A DNA stretch of 64,000 nt, from positions 1-64,000 of IMG/VR virus record IMGVR_UViG_2887663082_000001; one strand, 5' to 3'. Under the pieces are notes generated by a model. That model searched no databases. It had not been told where the DNA came from and saw nothing but the letters and a program-made list of their open reading frames with translations. Positions within the stretch are counted from its first letter, which is position 1. Each line of letters opens with the position of its first letter. This stretch comes from a virus (Duplodnaviria; Caudoviricetes). The translations under genes and the position numbers were made by a program. Below are positions 1 to 10,303 of the stretch, piece after piece.

Positions 1-300
1 TTAAACAATCCGAAGATTTGCAGAAAAAGTATGGCATCGGCAGTCAGCTACTTAAACAATCTGAAGATTTGCAGAGAAAATATGGCATCGGCAATCAGCT
101 ACTTAAACAATCTGAAGATTTGCAGAAAAAGTATGGCATCGGCAGTCAGCTACTTAAACAATCTGAAAATTTGCAGAAAAAGTATGGCATCGGCAGTCAG
201 CTGCTTAAGCAATCGATGGATTTGCAGAGAAAATATGGCATTGGCAGTCAGTTACTGAAACAAGCGGAAGAATTCCAAAGAAAACTTGGCATTGGCAGAA
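1..300 (+). repeat. 51-bp coding tandem repeat, about 5 good copies plus a degenerate one
   Basis: Unit ttaaacaatctgaagatttgcagaaaaagtatggcatcggcagtcagctac starts at 1, 52, 103, 154 and 205. Confidence 0.95.
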
Positions 301-1043
301 CATTGCAAAAAGAATTCGATTTAATGCATAACTTGGCTGGTATAAATAGTATTCAGTCAATGCTTCAAGATTTACAAAATCATTCGTTGACGCGAAGTAA
401 TAAGGACATACTAAACACATTTGATAATACTTTTCTACACTTCGCTGAAGAAAATTTGCCATCAGTTTCTGAAGCTATCGAAACAGGCTTAGCATCTGTT
501 GCTAAGGCATATACTGATGGTGTCGCGCAAAGCACTAATCAAACGAATGTCCAATCTGGACAAGCCACTTCTACAGATATAAATTATTCTCCAGCTACTA
601 ACGCCCCAAGATCCTTAATAGATCTATTGCAAGGACTCCCACCATCTATACAAGCTTTAATTCTTTTTTTATTATACCAAGTTTTAATCGGGGCTGTAGC
701 TGATTACGGAAAAGGGAAAGTGTTAGTAGAAATAAACAAAGCAGAATCCTATATCGTCTCTCTATTTGAGAGTAAACCTGTTACCAAGTCTAACATTGTT
801 AAACACAATAAAAATATCGCTTGGGATTCTCTTAATCAATTTAGAGTTATAACGGGTGAAAACGTGCGTCTGCGAACAAAGCCATCCTTAAATAGCGATA
901 TCATTGAGACGATAGGGAAAAATACAATTGTTGCTATATTAGAAAAAAAAGAGCGACAGTGGTTGTATGTACAAGTTCAATCTGGAGATGAGCTTGTCAC
1001 TGGCTGGATTACTCGTACTTATACCAAGCCATTAAAAGGTTAA
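1..1043 (+). CDS. Repeat-containing protein with C-terminal bacterial SH3 domain (5' end probably outside the window)
   Basis: Frame open from the window edge. N-terminal 17-aa repeats (LQKKYGIGSQLLKQSED), a hydrophobic stretch (IQALILFLLYQVLIGAVA) and an SH3b-like C-terminus (VRLRTKPSLNSDII...WLYVQV...TGWI). AT-rich. Confidence 0.75.
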   Translation, partial: KQSEDLQKKYGIGSQLLKQSEDLQRKYGIGNQLLKQSEDLQKKYGIGSQLLKQSENLQKKYGIGSQLLKQSMDLQRKYGIGSQLLKQAEEFQRKLGIGRTLQKEFDLMHNLAGINSIQSMLQDLQNHSLTRSNKDILNTFDNTFLHFAEENLPSVSEAIETGLASVAKAYTDGVAQSTNQTNVQSGQATSTDINYSPATNAPRSLIDLLQGLPPSIQALILFLLYQVLIGAVADYGKGKVLVEINKAESYIVSLFESKPVTKSNIVKHNKNIAWDSLNQFRVITGENVRLRTKPSLNSDIIETIGKNTIVAILEKKERQWLYVQVQSGDELVTGWITRTYTKPLKG

Positions 1044-1099
1044 AGAAAGATTTAATTGCAATACGAGCCCCGTATCTTTACTACAGGGCTCATGTATGA

Positions 1100-1915
1100 T
1101 TATCCGAACAACTCTTCCAGATTTACGCCGTATACCTTTAACCATGCTCCGCGCGGCCAGGCACAGCCGTATTTTTTGAGGTAGACGGGTTCCTCATGAT
1201 GAACCAGGCACCATTTACGCAACGGATGCCAGCTAAATTCCCGCTCGATCACTCGCTCAACAGCACTAATTGTCGCGTAATCCTTACTACGCCCCAGCAT
1301 GGCCGCAAGTTGATCACGTTCGCGTTCCAACGCCAATTCACCGGCGGTGCTGGTGGGTTGAGACTGGGGGAGTGAATGGAGAACGGTATCCGTCGGTTTG
1401 ACTTTTAGTTGCGCCAGCTCCGTTCTAAGAGCGTTTATTTCACGCTGTTGGGCATACAATTCTCGCGTCAGTTCGAGTTCTCGCCGTAGAAACTGGACTT
1501 CGGTTGTGGACGCATCTCGTGAATCAAAGGCTGCTGGTGGAACAAGCTTGCCGGTACGATAGTCCAAGAAGGTCTGATTCACCTGTAGGCGGAAAGCTGG
1601 TGAAATCCAGCCAGCGTACTCGATGGCGAGAAGTTCGTGGGCGAAGGTTCCTGGTGATGTACCGCCATGTATAGAATTGACCACCTTTTGAGTAAGCCCC
1701 GAATTTGGGGCTTGGATATTTTTCAATAGGTTACCCTCAAGTTCGGTTATCAATTCTTTGACTTGTTTATTTCCCAGCCACTTGTTGGGAGCTTTTTCTT
1801 TTCCTTTACCACTTGCCCTATGTAGTGCGTTCAGATTAAAACGCCCCTCGGCATCTGTTGTGATCTCAACGCCTGCGATCACTGGTGCGGTCATTTCATT
1901 TTTTATTGTGTTCAT
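1100..1915 (-). CDS. ant: KilA-N domain antirepressor (P1 Ant2-like), copy 1
   Basis: KilA-N motifs (ITTDAEGRFNLNALHRASG, GTFAHELLAIEYAGWISPAFRLQVNQTF); downstream of c4-icd; paralog of 18323..19321. Confidence 0.85.
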   Translation of the reverse strand: MNTIKNEMTAPVIAGVEITTDAEGRFNLNALHRASGKGKEKAPNKWLGNKQVKELITELEGNLLKNIQAPNSGLTQKVVNSIHGGTSPGTFAHELLAIEYAGWISPAFRLQVNQTFLDYRTGKLVPPAAFDSRDASTTEVQFLRRELELTRELYAQQREINALRTELAQLKVKPTDTVLHSLPQSQPTSTAGELALERERDQLAAMLGRSKDYATISAVERVIEREFSWHPLRKWCLVHHEEPVYLKKYGCAWPRGAWLKVYGVNLEELFG

Positions 1916-2124
1916 TTCGCTACCTGCATGTTCTGTGCTTGCCCCAAAAATTGTTCAATCTCACCTGCCAACCGGTGTTTCAACGACGCCTTGTTACTGA
2001 GTAGATACAATCCATCTACGATCATAAAATGAAAGGCCAGCGTCTCTACTGCCTTGATATCAGTAATATCGATATGAAGTTTTTGAACGGCAGCGGCGAT
2101 CTCCGCCTCTTCAAGAAAAATCAT
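1912..2124 (-). CDS. Ant1 N-terminal segment as a separate 70-aa ORF
   Basis: MIFLEEAEIAAAVQKLHI...LAFHFMI aligns with the N-terminus of 18323..19321; ATGA overlaps with icd and with ant2. Confidence 0.7.
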   Translation of the reverse strand: MIFLEEAEIAAAVQKLHIDITDIKAVETLAFHFMIVDGLYLLSNKASLKHRLAGEIEQFLGQAQNMQVAK

Positions 2125-2315
2125 GGATGAGCCCTCCAGTAGGAAAGCGACAGGCAATTCGAAGGAAAACGGGCGGCAAACAGGCAAGGGGCATCGGGAA
2201 GCTGAGAACGGGCATCAGATTCAGTACAGGCGATAACGATGTGGTAGCGACGTTTCTGACAAGAGTAAAAACGCCAGATGAACTGAGGGTGATGCAGGGT
2301 AGGGGTAGTAGCCAT
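2121..2315 (-). CDS. icd: Icd-like host cell division inhibitor, copy 1
   Basis: MATTPTLHHPQFIWRF...ESDARSQLPDAPCLFAARFP is the typical Icd pattern; GAGG RBS; follows c4. Confidence 0.85.
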   Translation of the reverse strand: MATTPTLHHPQFIWRFYSCQKRRYHIVIACTESDARSQLPDAPCLFAARFPSNCLSLSYWRAHP

Positions 2316-2372
2316 AGTGGCATCCTCAAAGTTGATTTTGAAAATCACCACCTTGAGGTTCCAATCTCGCTG

Positions 2373-2457
2373 GTGGTGAGCTGGACAGGGTTGGAACTAC
2401 CGGTCAACTTTGAGCATAACCCGGCGAGCCTTTCGGCTCCCCCGCCCAGCCCACCAT
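2373..2457 (-). ncRNA. c4: C4 antisense RNA, copy 1
   Basis: Closing stem ATGGTGGGCTGGGC...GTCCAGCTCACCAC; loops TCAAAGTT and GTTCCAA are complementary to flanking boxes at 2515-2540 and 2325-2365. Confidence 0.85.
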
Positions 2458-2568
2458 AATTCAGATATGACAAAGCATAGGCACAAAAAAACACGCTGGC
2501 GCGTGCTGTGCGCTTCAAAGTTGGTTCGGGGTTCCAATCCCGGTTACAGATTTTGCTGCAACAACGAA

Positions 2569-2598
2569 ACCTTACTCTGAACCACCAACGAACGTCAA
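2569..2598 (-). promoter_or_regulatory. Sigma70 promoter of the c4-icd-ant operon, copy 1
   Basis: TTGACG-18 nt-TAAGGT, nearly identical to 17855-17884. Confidence 0.65.
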
Positions 2599-2753
2599 CA
2601 CATCATCTGTGCTACCGTACTAAAAACGAGGGTTTTCTTAAATAAATAATTAGTATTTTATGTAAAACAGGTGTGCTTTGTATAATTTACATTCTATTCT
2701 GGACTCTGCGGGTGCCACAAAAAGCGCTCGTTGAGCGCTATTCTGTTTGAAGA

Positions 2754-3023
2754 TCACTCTTCTTTACTCTGAAACTCTTCATACTCGTTCGACATAAGGT
2801 ATTCAGCTCCCTTAGCTATCGCCCCCTTCCACTCAGTAATCCCAATCTCGCGAATGCGCTCAATTGGCTCGTTTGTTGCCGGGTTTCGGAGATATGTCCA
2901 GCGGTCACCCTTCTTCAGGGTGTATATGCGCCACACCGGATGGTGCTCAACAAATTCGCATCCGTGTGAGGCGGCCTCGTCTTGCAGACGTCGCAGGTTC
3001 ATATAAAGCGGGGTGTAACTCAT
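2754..3023 (-). CDS. lxc: Lxc-like C1 corepressor
   Basis: 89 aa; follows ulx/darB as in P1; LRRLQDEAASHG and EW motifs resemble recalled P1 Lxc. Confidence 0.55.
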   Translation of the reverse strand: MSYTPLYMNLRRLQDEAASHGCEFVEHHPVWRIYTLKKGDRWTYLRNPATNEPIERIREIGITEWKGAIAKGAEYLMSNEYEEFQSKEE

Positions 3024-3039
3024 GCATCCTCCTTACTGA

Positions 3040-3486
3040 CTATGGCCTGTCTGATTCCTGCTCCAGGTCATATGAGTAATATTCATATGGCTCATCATCA
3101 TCGGTTACCGGCAGCTGGTGGTATGCAGAATAAAACAAGCCATCTTCCAGACGCATGTTCTGATAAAGAGATGCGGCCACAACGGTTAGCGAATCATCGT
3201 CATAACTGTAGATGCTGAGCACATCCTCATCGATTTCGCCGGTTGCGTTGTACAGATTATTCTCGACCAGCAGCGACTTGATTGCAGGCCAGTAAGGGCC
3301 GTAGCTGCGATAATAACCGGGGCGCGCCCCGATGAACTTACCGATCCCATCCAAATAGTCGCTCACAAATTGCGACTCTGTTCTACCCGCCAGGGCACTA
3401 TCTCGAATAGCGGCAAGATAATCAGCGGTTGGTTTTTGGGTTTGCTCTAATGAAGCCATAATTTTATTGCCGGTGTTACCCGGCAA
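3040..3486 (-). CDS. ulx: Ulx-like protein (DarB incorporation factor)
   Basis: About 140-148 aa, directly downstream of darB, P1 synteny; start may be the ATG at 3459. Confidence 0.65.
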   Translation of the reverse strand: MPGNTGNKIMASLEQTQKPTADYLAAIRDSALAGRTESQFVSDYLDGIGKFIGARPGYYRSYGPYWPAIKSLLVENNLYNATGEIDEDVLSIYSYDDDSLTVVAASLYQNMRLEDGLFYSAYHQLPVTDDDEPYEYYSYDLEQESDRP

Positions 3487-3498
3487 TCTCCTGTTAGA

Positions 3499-6400
3499 TT
3501 AGTATTTTGCCACAACTTTGAGAATTTCGGCCTGGTCATATTTGCTGGGGATCAGCCACCAGCTACCGGCAAACTCTTCACCGGCGTCACGTCCGTTGTA
3601 ATAACGGGCACCATAAACAGACTTCAGGGTTTCCTTCGCGCGGAAAAGCGCGCCCGCTTTACCTTTCGGATCTTGCAGGCCATAACAACCGCCCGGAGCG
3701 AAGTTGAGACCATACTTCCCACGTAGATGTGTACTGTTCACCCGGATACGCAAACCAAGATCATCAGCCTCGTTCTCAACCACTTCTTTCGCGGCTTTGC
3801 GCGCATCTTCGCGCTTCTGGTATTCCTCAGTAGAAACGCCGAGACGCTTGGCCTCATAGGTATCTTTTACCCGCTTTTTATCGCCCTCCGGCATGTAGAA
3901 ATAAAGTTTATCGGCGTCACGGATCAGCTGGCGCGCATCGTCTTCATTCACCAGCAGTTCAGGCGTTACCAATGAAGCATCGAGGAGGCCCAGAATAACT
4001 ACGGCAGCGCAGGCTTCGACAACACGGAAATAATCCTGCCCGGTCCCGCCGTAGATGTTTAAGAATGTACCGGAGGAGCCATCCAGCACGCGCTGTATCT
4101 CACGGTCGCCAGGGGCATACCCGCTTTTAATAGCGTTACTGAATTCCTCGTAACGTTCCTGAGCTACACCGGCAACGCCAGCCTGCAATGCCTGCTGCGC
4201 ACGTTTCCTCAGCTGTGGCTTCTCTGCATTCAATGCATCGATGAAGTCCTGCACGTTGGTGTAATCCGGTGGGATTTCCCCAACGATCCACGCCAGGCGG
4301 TCGAGCTCTACGGAACGAACCAGGCCGTTGCGGATATACTCATTAACCGAGATATTGAAGTCCCGCGTGCTACTCCAGAGAGGGTAATTCTCGATTTTCT
4401 TAGCAACCAGAGACGCGATCTCATCGGCGCTGGCCACTTCGCCAAGACCTTCCATGACAGTTTTATAGTCCTGGCCGAAAAGCGCGGCCAAAAACGTTGG
4501 GCAGGCGTAGGTAATAAGCTCGCTCTGACGCTCCTGGATGGCTATCGCGCGCTTCAACTGCTCATCACTTCGGTCCGGATATACAAGCTTATGGCCGTTA
4601 TCCTGATACCACGAGACAGATTTAATATCAGACGATCCGTAGCCGTAACCGGCGCTGCGGATGTTCAGCGTCTGTTTGGCATACTTACCATTCTCATACA
4701 CTACGGCATAGTTATCGTTCAGCATTAACTGACCGGTTTTCAGGAAGGAATAGAACTGGTCCTTACTCAGCAGGGCCGCCGCATCTTTGATGTTTAGCCC
4801 ACCCTGCATTTTCGACAGTAATTCCAGCTCACTTTCAGTCACGTCGCATGGGTCACCCAGTAACTGCACCGGCACATCTTTAACGTGGCCTGGGTTTTTA
4901 TCTCCGTTCGCCGCGAATATGCCCCGCAAAGTTGCAGTATGAGCGTCAAAGTCGAGAGCCGTGATTTTGGCATACGAGATGGAATCGAACTTCCCGCCAC
5001 GACCGGCTACGTTGTAATGGAAATACTGGCCAACCTTATAGGTTTTACCCTCCACCAACAGGATATCTTTACCATGGTCGATCACGTCAGGATCGACGTC
5101 TAACAGACCTTCTTTGATGGCCTTCAGGACAACCGGGCGCAACTGTTTGATGTTCTTTTCAGCTTTCGCGAGGCGGGCAATCTTGCGCTGCTGCTTCATC
5201 AACGCGGAACGTGATGCCACATCGCCTTTGCTGGCAACATTCAATTCCTCGCGCTTGGAGCGCAGTTCGCTCTCTATGGCACGTGGGCGCCAGCTATCAC
5301 TCCTTTCAGACTTACCAGCAGTTGCACGCGCTTTGATTGCTTCACGTTCGGCCAGCAGTTCGTCCATTTCAGAGCGAACTGCCTCGAGGGTTTTTGTTGT
5401 CCGTTCAACCTCACCTTGCAGGTAGGCAACTTTTTTCTGCTCCTTGTCTAAGTCGCTGCCGCTGGCGTGCTGCGCCTTCAGGTAGTTCTGCAGATCAAGG
5501 TTGGCGCGCTTGGTTGCTTTGGCTTTAACAGCGGCTTTCGCTTTGGCCATTTGCTCGGCAACACGGCGCTCACGTTCTTCCGGGTTGGCCGCCAGCAGCA
5601 ACTGCATTTCGACCATGTTCCCGGCGTCGGCGTTCTCCATCTCAGCTTTATCAGAGGTGAGGATTTCGCGTATCCAGTCTTTCTTACGCTTCAGCGTCTG
5701 CAGGCGGAACTCATCAAACGATCCTCGACCGCAATAGTAATGAACCTTCACGGAATCTTGAGTTGAGCCCACGCGCGCGCCGCGACCGTTGCGCTGGTCG
5801 ATTGAGGCCGGAGTCCACGGCAACGTTAAGTGGTGAATATCGGTCGTGCCAATGTGCAGGTTTATCCCGACCTCGGCCTTTTTGTTACAGATGAGGATGC
5901 GTGAGCGGCCTTCATTGTAATCTGCGGCGATCTGTTCAAGCCCGCCAAGACTGACCTCATTAACGGCAGCGATATACTCATCGTATGCGGCTTTCTGCTG
6001 ATAATAGGCCTTCACCTGCTCTTTAGTCGGTTCGTCCGGGAGCTCTTTAGGTGGCTTAACTTTTTTCGGTTTCCGACCTTTTTTACCGGCTTCGGCAACC
6101 GTTGTGGCATTCAGGATGCCAACGGCACTATCATCCAGTCCCAGATGTGAACAGATGATGCGCTTAAGCTTACCGTGCTGGCTTTTCTCATCAGTAAAGA
6201 TGATTTGTTTGCCGTGCTTCAGGCCTTCTTTCAGTCCCTCAATCAGCGCGCTGTATTTCGGCGTCAGAGGGTGAGTAACGTCCTTAGGATCGATATCGAA
6301 CGTAGAGAGACGCTTCAGCACCTCTTGCTCGTACATTTCCGGGACGATCAGCGTGCAGGCGTTGCCATCAACATCGACGGTGAAACGCCCTTCAGCGTCA

Positions 6401-9400
6401 TAATCCTCGTCGTTTTCGTCTTTAGTGCCCAGGGAATCTGGCAGGTCGGCCACCAGCTGCTGTACCTTATCAGCATACGACGCTGGCAGGATAAAGGTGA
6501 TTTGGTGCCGGTACAGGTCCATGTCGGTACAAACACGATCCATGTCGCGGATAATGCCGAAAATGGTGTCCTTCTCTTCCTCTACGTCTTCCGGCTCAGA
6601 GTCAAAATCCCCCATTTTGTCGTTCTGCGACAGCTTCTCTGCGCGCTGGCGCAGGTTCTCGTATTCAGCTTCCTGCTCTTCGGACATTGGCGCTTCAACG
6701 GTGCGCTCATCGAGCTCCGGAATTTTTACCTGTTCAGAGACATCCTGCGCCGTCTTCAGAGATACCCAGCGATGGAAGATACCGCGCAGACCAGGGAGGT
6801 TACGGAAACCGACCAGGCCAAGTTTGCTTTCCACTTCGCCAGACAGTTTCTGGACCAGGCACATCTCTTTCTTACCGAATACTTTAACGAAATCATCCGG
6901 CGTGAAGATCCCCATGCGCTGCCAGTCGGACATGCTCAGGCAGTGAGAGAGCATATTGAAAGCGTCGATCGGGGAGTTGACCACCGGCGTAGCGGTAAGT
7001 AGCACCGGCCCACGGCCATTGTTCTTAGCCATCAGATAGGCGTTTTTAACAGCCATATCGCGCGCAGACTGGGAAACAGAAGGGACCGGGAGATATGCCA
7101 ACTGAGAGGCCTCACGACCGGCGCTGTAGCTGTTACGGTAGTTATGCCCCTCATCGACTACGACGCTATCAAACTGCATATCTTCGAAGTAAGGGAAATC
7201 CTGCTGTTTTTCGGTGCCGGTGTCGGAGTGTTCGGACAGAACGCGGTTCTTTTTCTGCTGCTCTTTGTAGGTTTCAGCGGCAACCTTAACGCGGCCCGCT
7301 TCAGCCTGAGCAAACAGGACATCGTGCGCATGATCGCGAATGGTTTCTTCGCGCATAGGGATGGCCGCGTATTGCTCTTTCGTCATGACCACAATCGGGT
7401 AGTTCGATTGAGGGATCATGTTCATACGGGCTTTAATGGTGGCGCTGTCTGAAATTTTCAGCGCATCGCGCATCAGCGGGTTGCCACTCTCATCAAATTT
7501 AGGCTCACCGTTTTCGCCGCGTTCCTGAACCTGGCGAATGCCGCCTGACTCATCAAGAATAGGCTCAAGCCCAACGAACAAGATCTTATTGAACATCTCC
7601 TCGCTGTAAAACGATTTGGACTCGTAATACCAGTTCTCATAAACGGCTTTCGGCACCACATACGCCATACGCGTGCTGCGCCCGTTCTCGATGTTATACA
7701 GGCCCAGCGCCAGCGCTGTTGTCGTCTTACCAAGACCGGTACCAAAGCCCATAATGCCGCGCCCATCTTCAGACAGACGGCGTATTTCCTGATTCTGGTA
7801 TCCAAACGGCGCGCGACGACCGCTAATGCCATTCAGGCCCAGCGGAGCATCAGACTGCTCAAATGGTATGAAGGAGTTAAACGCGGCATTGTACTGATCG
7901 ACCAGCTTGTCGATTTCATCATGCTGGCGAATCCAGTCATTGAAGCGACTTTCGAGGTCCTCGATGCGCGAGCGATAAGCTTCTGAGTTAACGCCGGTGG
8001 CGCGCCCACCGTTGAGGTATTTCTCCAGCTGAGAGGCAAAAGGATCACTGCCGGTCCGACGCGCATAAGTCGGGACCATTTCATTGGTCTCTTTGTCTTT
8101 CTTCAGCACCGTGCCGTAACGATAACCGGCGAACACGCCATTACTGCCGCGATAACCCAGATCAGAAGTTAATGCGCCGTTCTCGACTTTGATTGACTCA
8201 ACATAGGTCAGTTCGTCGTAACCATTCTCGCGCAAGAATTCCAGCACCAGGCTACGGTCGAACCAACGAGCATCGAGGGTAAACGCGATATCATCAACAC
8301 CGGTCCACTTACGTTTTGCTTTTATCTGTTCCAGCTGGCGCAGGTAGTTATTTTTCTGCGGCCCTTCCTGGATAACTGCCAGCACCCCCTGAATCTGCCC
8401 GGTGATTAAACCGACATCGCCGCTGGTAGCGCGGTCCATTGGCATCAGGTCACCGGTCGGCGTTAACGCAATGCCGTCAGTGTTCGCCAGCAGGTTAAGC
8501 AATTCCTCGTCGCTTTCTGGTAGTTCGGCGGTGGACGTCGAGCGGAACTCTTCCAGGGTGATCGGGATCAGGTCAATCTGGTTAAACAGGCTTCGAACTA
8601 CCTGCTCATGATTGGTAGTGTCATATTCCCCGGAGATCTGCGCATCGATCCCGCCCTGCAACAGATCAGAAAGTTCACCATTGCTGGTGATAGCCGCGCG
8701 GTATTTAAGCCAGTCACCGCTGTTATTACCTGAAATTTTGCTGATTTTGCCGGTATTGGGATCAGCGAAGCGCTGATACTCCTTATCCACCAGCTGCGCG
8801 GCGCTGGTGCGCAGGCTGTCTATGTAGTCGCCAGGCATCTTGTTCGCGATAGCGTCCTGCAGCACACCGATTTGTGCGCCGATAAGAGCCCCACGGAATA
8901 AGCGCTCCTGCAAATCGCCACGCTGTGTCAACGCATAGGAGTAGGCTTTACGAGTTGATTCACTCATGCTCTCCCAATAATTACCGGCAAGCGCTTGTAC
9001 CTGTTTCCAGTCACGCGCCAGCAGGGCGCTGGGGTTATCGAGGACCACCTTGATTTCATCGAGCGAGGAAACGCCGTAAATCGCCGGGTCCACCGTCAGA
9101 GTGCTCGATGGTGTGCTGATAATCCACTGGCCATCAACGAACTCATACCACTGGCCGTTCATCAGGCGCTTATCACCTTCTTTGGCAATCAGGCTCACCG
9201 GCTCCGCAACATTGAGTAAATCCCAGTTGATACGGCTATCGAATTTACGGGCCAACTTCTCTTTCAGCGCGCCAGGGGTGATCTGGTCATTCTTAATGAC
9301 GATACGCCCCTGGAAACCGGCGCTGACCTCGCCATAAACGAAACGCTTTCCATCATGCTCAAACCATTTGCCGGTAATGAACACCGGCCAAAGCACATTT

Positions 9401-10296
9401 GCCTCAGTCAGCAGTTCTTCTTTGGCCTGGAGGATCATGTTGGAAAGAGATTCCGGATGTTTGCGCAGCACCCATACATCGACCGCTGTCGGCGTACCGT
9501 TTTCTTTGAACGTGCCCGATGGCAAACGGTGGGCACCGAGGAACTCAGCTTTACGCGAGACCTGTTCACGCAGTTTTTTCATCCGTGTCCCGCTGGTCAT
9601 GCCATAGGGAACGATGATGCAGGCCAGGCCACCAGGTTTTATTTTGTCGAGCAGCCGCAAAATGAAGTAGCGACCAATATCCTTCTCTTTGGCGTAAGCC
9701 TTATCCAAATTGACGGTATCGCCGCGCGAGGAGCCAAACGGCACGTTGCCAACGCAGTGGTCAAAAATGGCATCATCCGTGCTGCTGGCCAACTTCTCAA
9801 ACGGCATAACGTGAACAGCATCTTCCGGGTGCAGGAGCTGGTTAATGCGTCCGGAGACAGGGCTTATCTCCGAAGCTGTCATGACGGTACCGCGCGGTTT
9901 CGTTTCGTTAAAAACACCAGCGCCAGAAGACGGTTCCAGTGTATTACCCGCATCAGCGCCGTAGAGCTTCATAATTTCCCAAATGCCCTCTGCGACAAAT
10001 TGAGGCGTGTAATATTCATCTGTCGAACCGCCAATACCGCCCTCGCCGGTATAGCGAGCCAGAATCTGCCGCTGCTCCGGCGTTAGCTCCGCGCCGTCCG
10101 GAAGGGAGTCGAGAAGCTCAATGGCTTTGCGGTTCGCCTCTTTACGTTCACGATCGACAGATACCCCGTCCTTCTTAGTGATCCCGTAGACAACCGGCTC
10201 GCGGGTAAGCCCCAGCGATTTGATCAGCCTTATGATTTCCCCAACTGTCCGAAACGAGTCGAGAATTTCCCCATATTTGCCATCCGGCATCGTCAC
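3499..10296 (-). CDS. darB: DarB antirestriction protein (methyltransferase plus SNF2-like helicase)
   Basis: 2265 aa; MTase motifs LEPSSGAG and VGNVPFG; helicase motifs GTGLGKT, VDEGHNY and QRNGRGARVG; divergent from the portal gene. Confidence 0.92.
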   Translation of the reverse strand: MTMPDGKYGEILDSFRTVGEIIRLIKSLGLTREPVVYGITKKDGVSVDRERKEANRKAIELLDSLPDGAELTPEQRQILARYTGEGGIGGSTDEYYTPQFVAEGIWEIMKLYGADAGNTLEPSSGAGVFNETKPRGTVMTASEISPVSGRINQLLHPEDAVHVMPFEKLASSTDDAIFDHCVGNVPFGSSRGDTVNLDKAYAKEKDIGRYFILRLLDKIKPGGLACIIVPYGMTSGTRMKKLREQVSRKAEFLGAHRLPSGTFKENGTPTAVDVWVLRKHPESLSNMILQAKEELLTEANVLWPVFITGKWFEHDGKRFVYGEVSAGFQGRIVIKNDQITPGALKEKLARKFDSRINWDLLNVAEPVSLIAKEGDKRLMNGQWYEFVDGQWIISTPSSTLTVDPAIYGVSSLDEIKVVLDNPSALLARDWKQVQALAGNYWESMSESTRKAYSYALTQRGDLQERLFRGALIGAQIGVLQDAIANKMPGDYIDSLRTSAAQLVDKEYQRFADPNTGKISKISGNNSGDWLKYRAAITSNGELSDLLQGGIDAQISGEYDTTNHEQVVRSLFNQIDLIPITLEEFRSTSTAELPESDEELLNLLANTDGIALTPTGDLMPMDRATSGDVGLITGQIQGVLAVIQEGPQKNNYLRQLEQIKAKRKWTGVDDIAFTLDARWFDRSLVLEFLRENGYDELTYVESIKVENGALTSDLGYRGSNGVFAGYRYGTVLKKDKETNEMVPTYARRTGSDPFASQLEKYLNGGRATGVNSEAYRSRIEDLESRFNDWIRQHDEIDKLVDQYNAAFNSFIPFEQSDAPLGLNGISGRRAPFGYQNQEIRRLSEDGRGIMGFGTGLGKTTTALALGLYNIENGRSTRMAYVVPKAVYENWYYESKSFYSEEMFNKILFVGLEPILDESGGIRQVQERGENGEPKFDESGNPLMRDALKISDSATIKARMNMIPQSNYPIVVMTKEQYAAIPMREETIRDHAHDVLFAQAEAGRVKVAAETYKEQQKKNRVLSEHSDTGTEKQQDFPYFEDMQFDSVVVDEGHNYRNSYSAGREASQLAYLPVPSVSQSARDMAVKNAYLMAKNNGRGPVLLTATPVVNSPIDAFNMLSHCLSMSDWQRMGIFTPDDFVKVFGKKEMCLVQKLSGEVESKLGLVGFRNLPGLRGIFHRWVSLKTAQDVSEQVKIPELDERTVEAPMSEEQEAEYENLRQRAEKLSQNDKMGDFDSEPEDVEEEKDTIFGIIRDMDRVCTDMDLYRHQITFILPASYADKVQQLVADLPDSLGTKDENDEDYDAEGRFTVDVDGNACTLIVPEMYEQEVLKRLSTFDIDPKDVTHPLTPKYSALIEGLKEGLKHGKQIIFTDEKSQHGKLKRIICSHLGLDDSAVGILNATTVAEAGKKGRKPKKVKPPKELPDEPTKEQVKAYYQQKAAYDEYIAAVNEVSLGGLEQIAADYNEGRSRILICNKKAEVGINLHIGTTDIHHLTLPWTPASIDQRNGRGARVGSTQDSVKVHYYCGRGSFDEFRLQTLKRKKDWIREILTSDKAEMENADAGNMVEMQLLLAANPEERERRVAEQMAKAKAAVKAKATKRANLDLQNYLKAQHASGSDLDKEQKKVAYLQGEVERTTKTLEAVRSEMDELLAEREAIKARATAGKSERSDSWRPRAIESELRSKREELNVASKGDVASRSALMKQQRKIARLAKAEKNIKQLRPVVLKAIKEGLLDVDPDVIDHGKDILLVEGKTYKVGQYFHYNVAGRGGKFDSISYAKITALDFDAHTATLRGIFAANGDKNPGHVKDVPVQLLGDPCDVTESELELLSKMQGGLNIKDAAALLSKDQFYSFLKTGQLMLNDNYAVVYENGKYAKQTLNIRSAGYGYGSSDIKSVSWYQDNGHKLVYPDRSDEQLKRAIAIQERQSELITYACPTFLAALFGQDYKTVMEGLGEVASADEIASLVAKKIENYPLWSSTRDFNISVNEYIRNGLVRSVELDRLAWIVGEIPPDYTNVQDFIDALNAEKPQLRKRAQQALQAGVAGVAQERYEEFSNAIKSGYAPGDREIQRVLDGSSGTFLNIYGGTGQDYFRVVEACAAVVILGLLDASLVTPELLVNEDDARQLIRDADKLYFYMPEGDKKRVKDTYEAKRLGVSTEEYQKREDARKAAKEVVENEADDLGLRIRVNSTHLRGKYGLNFAPGGCYGLQDPKGKAGALFRAKETLKSVYGARYYNGRDAGEEFAGSWWLIPSKYDQAEILKVVAKY

Positions 10297-10303
10297 CTCC
10301 GAG

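Noticed and set aside
1-300. 51-bp repeats as a CRISPR array
   Set aside because: Contiguous in-frame coding repeats with no unique spacers and no cas genes.
2373-2457. tRNA gene
   Set aside because: Cloverleaf-like, but its loops match flanking antisense targets, so it is C4 RNA; no canonical tRNA was recognised in the window.
3727-10086. Many + strand ORFs inside darB, and similar shadow ORFs over prt, sit, 22 and 23
   Set aside because: Antisense shadows of long genes with no recognisable motifs.
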